From: an uncultured delta proteobacterium
GTDB taxonomy: Bacteria > Myxococcota_A > Polyangia > Polyangiales > Polyangiaceae
Reading direction: 5' to 3'
DNA length: 64,000 bases
NCBI GenBank assembly: GCA_963841435.1
Contig: CAWJCS010000006.1
Location: 1,793,775 to 1,857,774, forward strand
The notes under the pieces were generated by a model. That model was given only the letters and a program-made list of their open reading frames with translations, made no database searches and was not told where the DNA came from. The position numbers and the translations under genes were made by a program. Positions 19,207 to 28,382 of the stretch are shown here, one piece after another. The first letter of the stretch is position 1. Every line of letters starts with the position of its first letter.

Positions 19207-19210
19207 GCTT

Positions 19211-19861
19211 TCAGGCCCCGAAAGCGCGCTTGAATCGCTTCGCATCAGCGAACATGTCGACGTTCGCGAAGACGTAGGTCGCGGTTTGCGCATGCCCCTC
19301 GCGGGCAATGTCTGCGAGGCGCTCGATGGCTGGGTCCTCGTAGCGCGACTTGTGCCCGGCGGGACCCGGAAGCCGGTAGTACGCCGTCGTGCGCTGCGAG
19401 AGGCCCTGCTGCAGCGGATCGCGCGCAGCGAGCGTCTCCGTTTCCTCGGCGAGATGGTCGGCGTCGTCGGGCTTCCACGCGGGGCCCGGCTCGAACACGA
19501 CGCGATCGAAACGCTCACGCACGTGCTTCAAGAAGTCACGTAGCGCGAGGCGGTTGGCGCGCGTGTTCGGGAAGTCGGGCGGCGCCAAGAAGATCGCCGT
19601 GCGAGCCGAGAGCTCCTCGGCGACCTCGCCGAGCTTCTCGAGCGCTGTCTCGACCACCTTGCCACCGCGGAAACCCTCCTGCGTGATTTCACGCGGGCCG
19701 AGTAAAGCGAAGGAAAAATCAGCCGGGGCCTCGCGGCGCCAGCGCCGCAGCGTGCCGGAGCCGGGGACGGCCAGGTGGGTCTCCTGAACCTCGACGAACG
19801 AGTATTCCTTGAAATAGCGGGTGGCCGGAACAGCAAACCCGGCACAGCCGACGACCATCAT
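19211..19861 (-). CDS. DUF72-like TIM-barrel protein
   Basis: VGCAGF, Y...F..VEVQET, WRREAP.DF.F, VFEP, DP and YYRL.G..YVF.N pattern. Confidence 0.78.
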   Translation of the reverse strand: MMVVGCAGFAVPATRYFKEYSFVEVQETHLAVPGSGTLRRWRREAPADFSFALLGPREITQEGFRGGKVVETALEKLGEVAEELSARTAIFLAPPDFPNTRANRLALRDFLKHVRERFDRVVFEPGPAWKPDDADHLAEETETLAARDPLQQGLSQRTTAYYRLPGPAGHKSRYEDPAIERLADIAREGHAQTATYVFANVDMFADAKRFKRAFGA

Positions 19862-19968
19862 CGGGGGGAACGCTAACACAGGAGGCGCGCCCGCGCTTTC
19901 GGCGATCGTCCCCCGCGCCAGGCGTTCTGGTCGCAGGGGACGCGCCCGCGAGCGTCACTCCGGAGCGT

Positions 19969-20733
19969 TTAGCCGCAGGTTTCGATCCCGAAGCACTCGC
20001 TGCTGCAGTTCACGTGCAGACACGAAGCAAGGTCCGAGGTCTGGTTGCCGAGCAACCCGCCGCACATGTCCGTTGCGCACGCCGATTCGCACTCGTTCAG
20101 GCCATCCGAGTCGCAAAGCTCGTTCGCGGTGACGTATTCGCTCAGGCACTGGACGTAACAGCCAATCTCGCCAAAGCCCGCGTACTGGCCCGTTTCGGGT
20201 CCGCCCCAACCGCACACGTTGCCCGGGTCGAACCCGTAGCAGGCCATGGACTCCTCGCAGCAATGGTCCTGGATACAGGACTCGCAGGGATCGGGATCGT
20301 CGAGATTCGTAGGCTCACAATTCGGATATAGCGTCGTCTCGAGGTCGCCCGACGCGGGGTCGCATTCCGGAGTCGTCTGATCCTCGGTCGGCAGCCCAGC
20401 GGTACCTCCGCCGCCGCCAGTCCCGGCGGTGCCACCCGTGTCGGCGCCGCTCTCGCCGCCGGTTCCCGAGCTACCGCCGGTGGTCCCGCCAGAGCTACCG
20501 CCGGTGCCGCCGCTCGCGCCCGAGGAACCACCGGTACCGCCCGAGCCACCCTTGCCCGAGCTCCCGCCCGTGGCCGAGCCACCCTTCCCCGAGGTGGCGC
20601 CGGACCCGCCGCTACCGCCAGTGGTCCCGCCGGACCCGACGGCGTCGTCATCGCCAGTCTTGACCACGCAGCCCGTGACCAGCGCCGCACCTACGAAGCC
20701 AAGACCAATCGCATATTTCCAAGTGTGAGCCAT
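19969..20733 (-). CDS. Lipoprotein with Gly/Ser/Thr linker and Cys-rich C-terminal domain
   Basis: Lipobox LVTGC; GGSGG/GGTGG low-complexity run; C..CIQ.HCC.E..AC and C..C...C motifs; SD GGAG upstream. Confidence 0.85.
   Translation of the reverse strand: MAHTWKYAIGLGFVGAALVTGCVVKTGDDDAVGSGGTTGGSGGSGATSGKGGSATGGSSGKGGSGGTGGSSGASGGTGGSSGGTTGGSSGTGGESGADTGGTAGTGGGGGTAGLPTEDQTTPECDPASGDLETTLYPNCEPTNLDDPDPCESCIQDHCCEESMACYGFDPGNVCGWGGPETGQYAGFGEIGCYVQCLSEYVTANELCDSDGLNECESACATDMCGGLLGNQTSDLASCLHVNCSSECFGIETCG
20400..20640 (-). repeat. Low-complexity Gly-rich coding repeat (GGS/GGT units)
   Basis: Repeated GAGCTACCGCCGGTG and GAGCCACCCTT units on the + strand encode the Gly-rich linker. Confidence 0.7.
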
Positions 20734-20794
20734 ATGTACTCCCTACTGTCCTACGCGGGTCGGGGTCGGAAATCCCCTGGCGACCGGAGGAAAT

Positions 20795-22531
20795 TCATTC
20801 GAAGCGCTCGGCGGGGTTCCGCCGGGCGAGCCGCTGCGGCCTCGTGATTATTCGCCAAGCCCGGCTGGTTTGCCACTCTTCGCCCGACCGCGAAGGGTTC
20901 TTCGCGCCTTTTGGCGAAAGGCGTCGAGTGCCCCCCCCCACGCTCTGCTCATCGGTGGACGGGGCCGGCCGGCGGGCCCGCTCGCCGCGCCCCCGCAACG
21001 ACAGTCCGAGTGCCACGGCCGCAGCGAGCCAGTAGGGCATGTCGCCGAGCGCCTCGTACGGGGTGCGTCCCCTGAGCCAGCTGATCTCACCGAGCAGCGC
21101 AGCCGGCTCGAAGGGCGGCGTGTGGGCCACGACCCGCCCGACGGGGTCGACGATCGCGCTCACGCCACTGTTGGTGGAGCGCACGAGGTAACGGCGGTGC
21201 TCGACTGCGCGGAGCGTCGCTGCCGCAAGATGGATCCACGGCTCCGTGGTGTCACCGAACCATGCGTCGTTCGTCAGGTTCGCGATCAGGTCCGGATCGC
21301 CGTTGTTGACGATGCGGTTCACGAAGCCGGGGATGATGTCCTCGTAACAGATCACCGTCGCGATCTGATGCTCGCCGACGGTCAGGGGGTCGTTGAGCTT
21401 GCCGGCCACGAATTTGCCGGAATTCGGGCTCCACTCGTAGAGGATCGGCAGCTCCTCGCCGAACGGCATTTCCTCGCTGAACATGACGAGCTTCTGCTTG
21501 TCGAAACGTCCGACGACCTGACCCTGGTGGTCGGTCAAGAGCGCGGAGTTGTAGAGCACGTAGCGGCGCGCATCGTCGACGTCCTTGACGATGACGGCGC
21601 CGAACAGCACCGGCACGCCGATGCCACGCGCGAAGCGCGCCGGAACGAGCCGCGCCACGTCGGGCTCCTCCATCGCGCTCATCACCGACGTCTCGCTCCA
21701 GACCACGAGATCGAGGTCGGCGCGGCTCTTGAGCTCGTCGGTGAGCTCGAGATGGCGCCGCAGCCCCTCGCTCTTGTTGCGCCGCTTGCCCATCAAGCTC
21801 ATGTTCGCTTGCACGAGGCCGACGTGGCCCTTGGGGGCCGCCGCGCTGCGCGCATCGACGGCGGGTATCCGCACGAGCCCATAGAGCACGGACACCACCG
21901 GCAGCAGCGCGAGGCCAAGGACGAGCCGGCTTTGCGGACGCCGCCGTTCGCGGCGCGCGATCACGTATTGTGCGACCGCGAGGTTCGCGGCGACGAGCGG
22001 AAGCGCCACCAGGATCGGCCCGCCGATCTCGGCGAGCTGGTTGAGCGCGGGCACCTGGTGGACCGTCGACGCGTAGTACCAAGGGAAAAGCAGCGGGAAC
22101 ACCTGCTCGCTCGCCGCGAAGCCGAGCGCGAAGGCGAGCGAGCGCCCCCAACCCCGACGGGTGATGGAGGCATGCAAGAGCCCGAGCAACGCGATGCGCC
22201 CCGCCTGGTACGCGCAAAGGATCGCCGAAAACAAGAGGCACAAGGGCAGGCCGAAACCGCTGAAGGTCTCCAGCATGTCGAGCAGCCAATAGAACCCGAG
22301 CATCGTCATCGTGAAGCCCGCGATCCACCCGAACCCTGCGGCGCGCTTCGGCCCCTGCCCTTCGAGCGCCACGATCAGCGGCACGAGCGCGACGAAGGCG
22401 AGCGGCCAGAGATCGATGCCCGGAAACGCCAAGAAATAGAGGACCCCGCTCGCCAGCGCGAGCGCCGCCCCCGTGCGGCCCGAAACTGGAAAGCCGCCGT
22501 GTCCGAGGCGGCGGCCCGAGTCTACGCTCAC
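20795..22531 (-). CDS. lnt: Apolipoprotein N-acyltransferase
   Basis: Multi-TM N-terminus; VWSET, FDKQKLVMFSE and ICYED (E-K-C triad); NLTNDAWFG, RAVEHRR and RSTNSGVSA. The C-terminal tail is long and uncertain. Confidence 0.95.
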   Translation of the reverse strand: MSVDSGRRLGHGGFPVSGRTGAALALASGVLYFLAFPGIDLWPLAFVALVPLIVALEGQGPKRAAGFGWIAGFTMTMLGFYWLLDMLETFSGFGLPLCLLFSAILCAYQAGRIALLGLLHASITRRGWGRSLAFALGFAASEQVFPLLFPWYYASTVHQVPALNQLAEIGGPILVALPLVAANLAVAQYVIARRERRRPQSRLVLGLALLPVVSVLYGLVRIPAVDARSAAAPKGHVGLVQANMSLMGKRRNKSEGLRRHLELTDELKSRADLDLVVWSETSVMSAMEEPDVARLVPARFARGIGVPVLFGAVIVKDVDDARRYVLYNSALLTDHQGQVVGRFDKQKLVMFSEEMPFGEELPILYEWSPNSGKFVAGKLNDPLTVGEHQIATVICYEDIIPGFVNRIVNNGDPDLIANLTNDAWFGDTTEPWIHLAAATLRAVEHRRYLVRSTNSGVSAIVDPVGRVVAHTPPFEPAALLGEISWLRGRTPYEALGDMPYWLAAAVALGLSLRGRGERARRPAPSTDEQSVGGGTRRLSPKGAKNPSRSGEEWQTSRAWRIITRPQRLARRNPAERFE

Positions 22532-22959
22532 TCCCCGAGCGCCTTTCGCACCTTCTGTAGGAGATCGTCCATCTTGAAGGGCTTGGTGATGTAGAAGCGC
22601 GCGCCCGCCTGGATCCCTTTGACCACGTCCATGGGGCCGCCCTTAGCGGTGAGGAAAATGATGGGCATCCCTCTCAGCGACGGCAGCAGGCGCAATTGCT
22701 GTGCGGTCGCGTATCCATCGATCCCGCGCATCATGACGTCGAGCAGTACGAGCTGAGGCTTGAACTCGTCGACGACGGCGAGCGCCTCGCCGCCGTCGCG
22801 CGCGCGGCTCACCTCGTAGGATGTGGAAAGCACCCGTACGAGCATGCTGGCGATCGCGTCGTCGTCCTCGACCACGAGGACCCGCTTCTTGGGTTTTTCC
22901 CCATCGGATCCGGCGGATGACACGGCTCGAACAAGTAGTACCCCGCGGGCAAAACGCAA
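22528..22959 (-). CDS. Single-domain response regulator (REC)
   Basis: VLVVEDD, LLDVMM..IDG, IFLTA and YITKPF; stop overlaps the lnt start. True start may be further downstream. Confidence 0.93.
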   Translation of the reverse strand: MRFARGVLLVRAVSSAGSDGEKPKKRVLVVEDDDAIASMLVRVLSTSYEVSRARDGGEALAVVDEFKPQLVLLDVMMRGIDGYATAQQLRLLPSLRGMPIIFLTAKGGPMDVVKGIQAGARFYITKPFKMDDLLQKVRKALGE

Positions 22960-22997
22960 ACGTGCTCGCGCCTGACGCGGTATAGTAGGGACCCTTC

Positions 22998-24239
22998 GTG
23001 CCCCGCGTCCTGCACATCGAAGACGACCCCGCGAATCGGCTGCTCGTTCGGAAGCTGCTTGCTCCGGCCGGATTCGACGTCATCGACGCCGTCGATGGCC
23101 TCGAAGGCATCCGCAAGGCGTTGAGCGAGCATCCGGACCTCGTGCTCGTGGACATCGCGATTCCGGGTCTAGACGGATACGAGGTGACGCTCCGGCTCCG
23201 AGCGGAGCCGAGCCTGCGGGGCATGCCGATCGTCGCCATCACGGCCGAGGGCAACCGGGACGCCAGCCTGGCCGTGGGCTGCGACGGCTACCTCGTCAAA
23301 CCGATCGACGCGCGGTCATTTGCCGAGACCGTGCGCGAGTATCTCGACGGGCACCGGGAGCGAGCCGCACCGGAGCAGGCCGGCGAGCAGCTCCGGCTCC
23401 AGACCCAGCGCATCGTTTCGCACCTAGAGCAGAAGGTCGCGGAGCTTCTCGGGGCCAATCGGCGGCTGCTCGAGCTCGACCACGCGAAGAAGGAATTTTA
23501 CCGGAACATCTCCCACGAGCTCGCGACGCCCATGACGCCGATCGTCGGCTACCTGAAGCTCCTCATCGACGGCGAGCTCGGGGAGCTGGCAACCCCCCAG
23601 GTCAAGGCCCTACGGGCCATGGACGATTGCGTGAGGCGCCTCCGCCGCGTCATCGACAGCCTGCTCGATGTGACGGCCCTGGAGACCGGCAAGATGCGGT
23701 TCTCCTATCGTGATTTCGACCTCGGCGACGTCGTGCGCGACGCCATCGCCCGTCAGCCGGCCTTCGACGACGGCCGCATGCGCCTCGTCGCGGACCTGCC
23801 GAAGCGGGGCACGTTGCTCGGCAGCGCCGACGTGGAACGTCTCGGGCGCGCGCTCGACCAGCTCCTCGACAACGCCACCAAGTTTACCCCCGCAGGCGGG
23901 ACGGTGGGGGTCAGGGCGCGGCGACTCGCCTCCGGGCACCTGGAGGTCTGCGTGGCCGACACGGGCCCTGGCATCGCCCCAGACAAGGCGCGGCGGCTGT
24001 TCGAGCCCTTCTACCAGGTCGATGGGTCACCGACGCGTTCGCACGGCGGTACGGGCATTGGCCTTTCGATCGTTCGCGGGGTCGCGCACGGCCATGGCGG
24101 CGACGTTCGGTTCGCATCCCCCTCGGGCGAGGAGATCGTCGGCGTGCCCTTCCCCGGCGCCGCGTTCTACGTGGTCATCCCGGACCGGCCCCCACCCGCT
24201 CCGAGCGAGACCTTCACGCGCCGCCCGACTCCACTCTGA
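22998..24239 (+). CDS. Cytoplasmic hybrid kinase: REC-HisKA-HATPase
   Basis: IEDD..VDIAIP..KP receiver; H-box NISHELATP; N-box LLDNATKF; DTGPGI, FEPF and GGTGIGL; no TM or sensor domain. Confidence 0.95.
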   Translation: MPRVLHIEDDPANRLLVRKLLAPAGFDVIDAVDGLEGIRKALSEHPDLVLVDIAIPGLDGYEVTLRLRAEPSLRGMPIVAITAEGNRDASLAVGCDGYLVKPIDARSFAETVREYLDGHRERAAPEQAGEQLRLQTQRIVSHLEQKVAELLGANRRLLELDHAKKEFYRNISHELATPMTPIVGYLKLLIDGELGELATPQVKALRAMDDCVRRLRRVIDSLLDVTALETGKMRFSYRDFDLGDVVRDAIARQPAFDDGRMRLVADLPKRGTLLGSADVERLGRALDQLLDNATKFTPAGGTVGVRARRLASGHLEVCVADTGPGIAPDKARRLFEPFYQVDGSPTRSHGGTGIGLSIVRGVAHGHGGDVRFASPSGEEIVGVPFPGAAFYVVIPDRPPPAPSETFTRRPTPL

Positions 24240-24465
24240 TCCACAGGTTGAACGCCGCGCCCACGCCGTGGCCAGCCTCTCGGAAACGTGTGAAAACTTG
24301 GCCCTTCGCGCGGCAGGAGTTTCACGGGAAACAACAACATATTCACAGTGCTTCGCGCGTTCAGCAGGGAACGTACGTCCTACGCGACAAATGCTCAGAG
24401 CTCGTCAGAAGACCACTGGCTGAACGTACAGCCTGCTGCCTGCCGCGAAATCGCCCGCCCTGCGC

Positions 24466-27105
24466 TCAGCTCACGATGAGATTGAGGATCTTGCCGGGCA
24501 CGTAGACGACCTTCACCAGGCGCTTGCCCGAGCTGAACTTGTTGACGTTCTCGTCGGCGAGCGCCGTGCGGACGGCCTCGTCCTGGCTGGCGGTGCGCGA
24601 GAGCGTCACGCGGCCGCGCACCTTGCCGTTGATCTGCACGCCGATCTCCTGCGTGTCGTCCTCGCAAAGCGCCGGGTCGAACGAAGGCCAAGCGACGTTC
24701 GCAATCGACGGAGGATGGCCAAGGTGCTCCCAGAGCTCCTCGCAGAGATGCGGCGCGAAGGGCGAAAGGCAGAGCACGAGCGCCTCGACGCCGCGCTTGG
24801 GCGGGGTCTCGAGCGCCATGAGGTGGTTCGTGAGGATCATCATCGCGCTCACGGCCGTGTTGAGCCGCAAAGCGTCGACGTCCTCGCCGACCTTCTTGAT
24901 GGTGCGATGGACGAGCTTGTCCGTTTCGAGGTCCGTGGCGTCCGAATGGGCGCGCATCCCGAGCGTGTGCACCCGATCGAGAAAGCGCCGCACGCCCTGG
25001 ATCCCGCTCGTTTGCCAGGGTTTCATCTGTTCGAGCGGACCCATGAACATCTCGTAGACCCTGAGGCTGTCGGTGCCGTTCTCGGCGATCACCGTGTCCG
25101 GATTCACGACGTTGCCGCGCGATTTGCTCATCTTCTCGCTGACGGGCACGACGCGTACACGGGCGCCGCGGAGCTCGGGCACCCCGCCGACCCATTCGAT
25201 CTCGGCGTCGTTCGCCCAACGCTGCTCGACGGGCTCGCCCGAAGCCGTGCGAAGGTCCCCGGTTTCGGTGGCCGAAACGTCGGGGTCGTCCCCCGCGAGC
25301 AGCCGAGCACCGTCGGCGCCTTGCACCGAGTAGTAGCGGTAGAGAGTGCCGAGGATCGTGCCCTGGTGCACGAGCTTGAGGAACGGCTCGGGGTGCTTGA
25401 CCACACCGATGTCGAACAAGAACTTGTGCCAGAAGCGTGCGTAAAGCAGGTGCAAAACGCCATGCTCCGAGCCGCCGACGTACACGTCGACGGGCATCCA
25501 GTCGTCGTAGCTCTGCTCGGAGAAGGGGCGCTCGGCGTTGTGCGGATCCAGGTACCGGAGGTAGTACCAACACGAGCCCGCCCATTGGGGCATCGTGTTG
25601 GTCTCGCGCGCGAACCAGCGGCCGTCGCGCTGGAAAAAACGCCAGGACAGCGCGCGCGCCAACGGGCCCTGCGGGTCGCCGGGGCGGTAGTCTTCGAGCT
25701 CGGGCAGGCGCACGGGAAGCTCAGCGTCAGCCACCGGGAGCGGTTTCGAATAGTCGATGGCGAAGGGCGCACCCTCACGCGGATCGCCGGCCGTTTCGAC
25801 CGGAAAGTAGATGGGAATCGGCTCGCCCCAATAGCGCTGGCGGCTGAAGACCCAATCGCGGAGCTTGTAGTTGACCTTCTTCGTGCCGATGCCCTCGCGC
25901 TCGAGAAACGCGATCATGTTGCGCTTCATCTCGCCCGTCTTTTGACCGTCGAACGGACCCGAGCGCACGGCGATGCCGTCGGCCGTGTACGCCTGCGTGG
26001 GCCCGTCGTGGAGCTTGCCGTCGGGACTCACGACCTCGACGATGGGCAGGTCGAAGCGCTTCGCGAACTCGAAGTCGCGCTCGTCGTGCGCGGGGACGGC
26101 CATGATGGCGCCCGTGCCGTACGCCCCGAGCACGTAGTCGGCCGTAAATATTGGTATTTGCTGGCCATTTAGCGGATTTTTCGCGAGGGCGCCGGTCGGA
26201 ACGCCGGTCTTCTCGCGGTTCAGCGCCGTGCGCTCCATGTCGCTCTTTTTTGCCGCCGCCGTCACGTAGGCCTCGACCCGCGCGCGCTCGCTCGGCACGG
26301 TGATCTCGAGCGTCAGCGGGTGGTCGGGCGCGATCACCATGTAGGTCGCGCCAAACAGCGTGTCGGGCCGCGTCGTGAACACCCTGAGCTTGTCGTCGCG
26401 ACCGACGATCGGAAAGTCGACCTCGGCGCCCTCGCTGCGACCAATCCAGTCACGCTGCTTTTGGCGTGTTTCGGGCCAATCGAGCCCCTCGAGCTCGTCG
26501 GCGAGGCGATCGGCGTAGGCCGTGATGCGAAGCTGCCACTGCCGGAGCGGCTGGCGTACGACGGGAAAGCCGCCGACCTCGCTCTTGCCGTCGATGACCT
26601 CTTCGTTCGCGAGCACCGTTCCGAGCTCGGGGCACCAATTGACCGGAATTTCTGCCTGAAACGCGAGCCCATGCTCGAACATCTTGAGGAAGATCCACTG
26701 CGTCCAGCGCACGTAGCCGGGGTCGGTCGTGTTGATCTCGCGCGACCAGTCGTACGCGAAGCCGAGCTCCTTGAGCTGTCGTCGGTAGACGTCGATGTTC
26801 GCTTGCGTGGTCTGCTTGGGATGCGCGCCGGTCCTGATGGCGTGCTGCTCCGCGGGGAGCCCGAAAGCATCCCAGCCCATCGGGTGCAAAACGTCGTAGC
26901 CCTGCATCTTGCGCCTGCGGGCCAGGATGTCGGTCGCGAGGTAGCCGAGCGGGTGGCCCACGTGCAGGCCCGACCCCGACGGATAGGGGAACATGTCGAG
27001 CGCGTAGAGCTTCGGGTGACCCGGGCGGCGGACGGACTTGAAGGTCGCCTGCTCGTCCCAGTAGCGGCGCCAGCGCTCCTCGATCGCGCGGTGGTCGTAA
27101 GCCAT
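24466..27105 (-). CDS. leuS: Leucine--tRNA ligase
   Basis: MFPYPSG.GLHVGH, GWDAFGLPAE, CP1 editing FTTRPDT and AVPAHDERD, SRQRYWG, KMSKS and YVPGKILN. Confidence 0.98.
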   Translation of the reverse strand: MAYDHRAIEERWRRYWDEQATFKSVRRPGHPKLYALDMFPYPSGSGLHVGHPLGYLATDILARRRKMQGYDVLHPMGWDAFGLPAEQHAIRTGAHPKQTTQANIDVYRRQLKELGFAYDWSREINTTDPGYVRWTQWIFLKMFEHGLAFQAEIPVNWCPELGTVLANEEVIDGKSEVGGFPVVRQPLRQWQLRITAYADRLADELEGLDWPETRQKQRDWIGRSEGAEVDFPIVGRDDKLRVFTTRPDTLFGATYMVIAPDHPLTLEITVPSERARVEAYVTAAAKKSDMERTALNREKTGVPTGALAKNPLNGQQIPIFTADYVLGAYGTGAIMAVPAHDERDFEFAKRFDLPIVEVVSPDGKLHDGPTQAYTADGIAVRSGPFDGQKTGEMKRNMIAFLEREGIGTKKVNYKLRDWVFSRQRYWGEPIPIYFPVETAGDPREGAPFAIDYSKPLPVADAELPVRLPELEDYRPGDPQGPLARALSWRFFQRDGRWFARETNTMPQWAGSCWYYLRYLDPHNAERPFSEQSYDDWMPVDVYVGGSEHGVLHLLYARFWHKFLFDIGVVKHPEPFLKLVHQGTILGTLYRYYSVQGADGARLLAGDDPDVSATETGDLRTASGEPVEQRWANDAEIEWVGGVPELRGARVRVVPVSEKMSKSRGNVVNPDTVIAENGTDSLRVYEMFMGPLEQMKPWQTSGIQGVRRFLDRVHTLGMRAHSDATDLETDKLVHRTIKKVGEDVDALRLNTAVSAMMILTNHLMALETPPKRGVEALVLCLSPFAPHLCEELWEHLGHPPSIANVAWPSFDPALCEDDTQEIGVQINGKVRGRVTLSRTASQDEAVRTALADENVNKFSSGKRLVKVVYVPGKILNLIVS

Positions 27106-27164
27106 GGGCCGGGAGATTGGCAGCTTCGGACCGCGCGCGCCAAGGGCCCGGCGGGGAGGAGGGA

Positions 27165-28382
27165 CTAGCGACCCCCGGGCTCCCGGCCGAGCTTGCGTTC
27201 CAGGCGGGCGCGGCGACGGACGAGCGCCGGCTCCGGCTCACCCGTACCCAGGGCGACGAGATCGAGTGCCCGGCCGGGCTGTTTCACGAAGTGCTCGTAG
27301 AGTTTCGCGAGCTCGAGCCGTACGCCCGGATCGTCCACCTCGCTCGCAAAGGCCTCGAAGTCGGACAGGGCGCGAGCGCGGTCACCACGCGCCTTGGCGA
27401 TGTCGCCCCGCACGCGGAGAGCGCTCGGGCCAGCGCCGCGCTCGAGCGCAGTCTCGGCCGCCCTTTCGGCGCCGCCGTAAGCCTTCGCGCGCTTCAGGGT
27501 GCGCGCGAGACCGACGAGGTCGTCGGGGTGGAGCAGGTCGAACGGCTCGCCGTACAGGCCGACCAGAGCGGCCATGCTCACGAGGTCCCACACGTTGTGC
27601 TCGACCACGGCTGCGAGCGCCTCCTCATCACCCGTGCGAAGGAAATGGGCATATCGCGCGGGGATCTCACCGCCCTCGATGTCCGGACCCCGCTCGAAGC
27701 CGAGCACCTCCGACTCCAGCGAGACGAGCCGGCAGGCACCGAGTCGCGCCTTGTGCAGGCGACGGGCGACGTGCAGGAGGTCGAGGTGCGGGCGCTCCGG
27801 CAGCCGTGGCTGCCGCGTCATCACGGCGCGGCTCGCGAGCAGCGGCAGGTCGAACGCCTTGCCGTTGTAAGTGACGACGAGCTCGCTCTCGGCGAGGCGC
27901 TCGGCGACGAACGCCACGAGCGCCGCTTCGTCCGCGGGATCTCGGAGCAGCACTTGGTCGAGCTCGAGATGCCCCGCTCCGTCGAAGCGCGCGAGGCCGA
28001 CGAGAAACGCGCTCACGCCGCTGCCGCCGCCGAGACCCGTCGTTTCGGTGTCGAGGAACAACGCACGGTCGAGGCGGCAATCTTCGAGCCGGGCGTCGAG
28101 CGCGAGCAGCGCGATGAGCTCGGCGCGCGCCGAGGCAGCCGCCTCGACGGGGATGCGCCCCACGTGGTGCGACGGCGCCAGGGCGAGGTGGCGCCGATAC
28201 AGCGTTCCCTGGGCATTTTCCTCGCGAACGAAGGGCAAGAGCCCCGCCGTGGGGTCGGCACGCGGTCGCGGTGGCGCGAGCGGTTGCTCGAGAATCGCCG
28301 CCATTTTTTCGCGCAGCTCACCGAGCAGCCGACTGCGGTCGGGCGGCTGCGGGAGCCCGGCGAGCTTCTGCTTCAGGTCCAT
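27165..28382 (-). CDS. YprB/MrfB-like DEDD exonuclease (RNase_H_2) with C-terminal TPR-like helices
   Basis: LFLDTETTGL, TYNGKAFDLP, HLDLLH.ARR, LE..VLG..R..DI.G, HNVWDL and ELAKLYEH. Confidence 0.88.
   Translation of the reverse strand: MDLKQKLAGLPQPPDRSRLLGELREKMAAILEQPLAPPRPRADPTAGLLPFVREENAQGTLYRRHLALAPSHHVGRIPVEAAASARAELIALLALDARLEDCRLDRALFLDTETTGLGGGSGVSAFLVGLARFDGAGHLELDQVLLRDPADEAALVAFVAERLAESELVVTYNGKAFDLPLLASRAVMTRQPRLPERPHLDLLHVARRLHKARLGACRLVSLESEVLGFERGPDIEGGEIPARYAHFLRTGDEEALAAVVEHNVWDLVSMAALVGLYGEPFDLLHPDDLVGLARTLKRAKAYGGAERAAETALERGAGPSALRVRGDIAKARGDRARALSDFEAFASEVDDPGVRLELAKLYEHFVKQPGRALDLVALGTGEPEPALVRRRARLERKLGREPGGR

Noticed and set aside
20400-20640. CRISPR array or VNTR
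   Set aside because: The repeats are degenerate Gly/Ser/Thr codons within a lipoprotein; there is no constant repeat-spacer structure and no cas gene.
20795-20990. Functional C-terminal extension of Lnt, or phase variation at the C9 tract (20931-20939)
   Set aside because: The tail is low-information, lies after the last TM and contains a hairpin (20905-20923); it may be read-through or an error, and tract changes would not affect the enzyme core.
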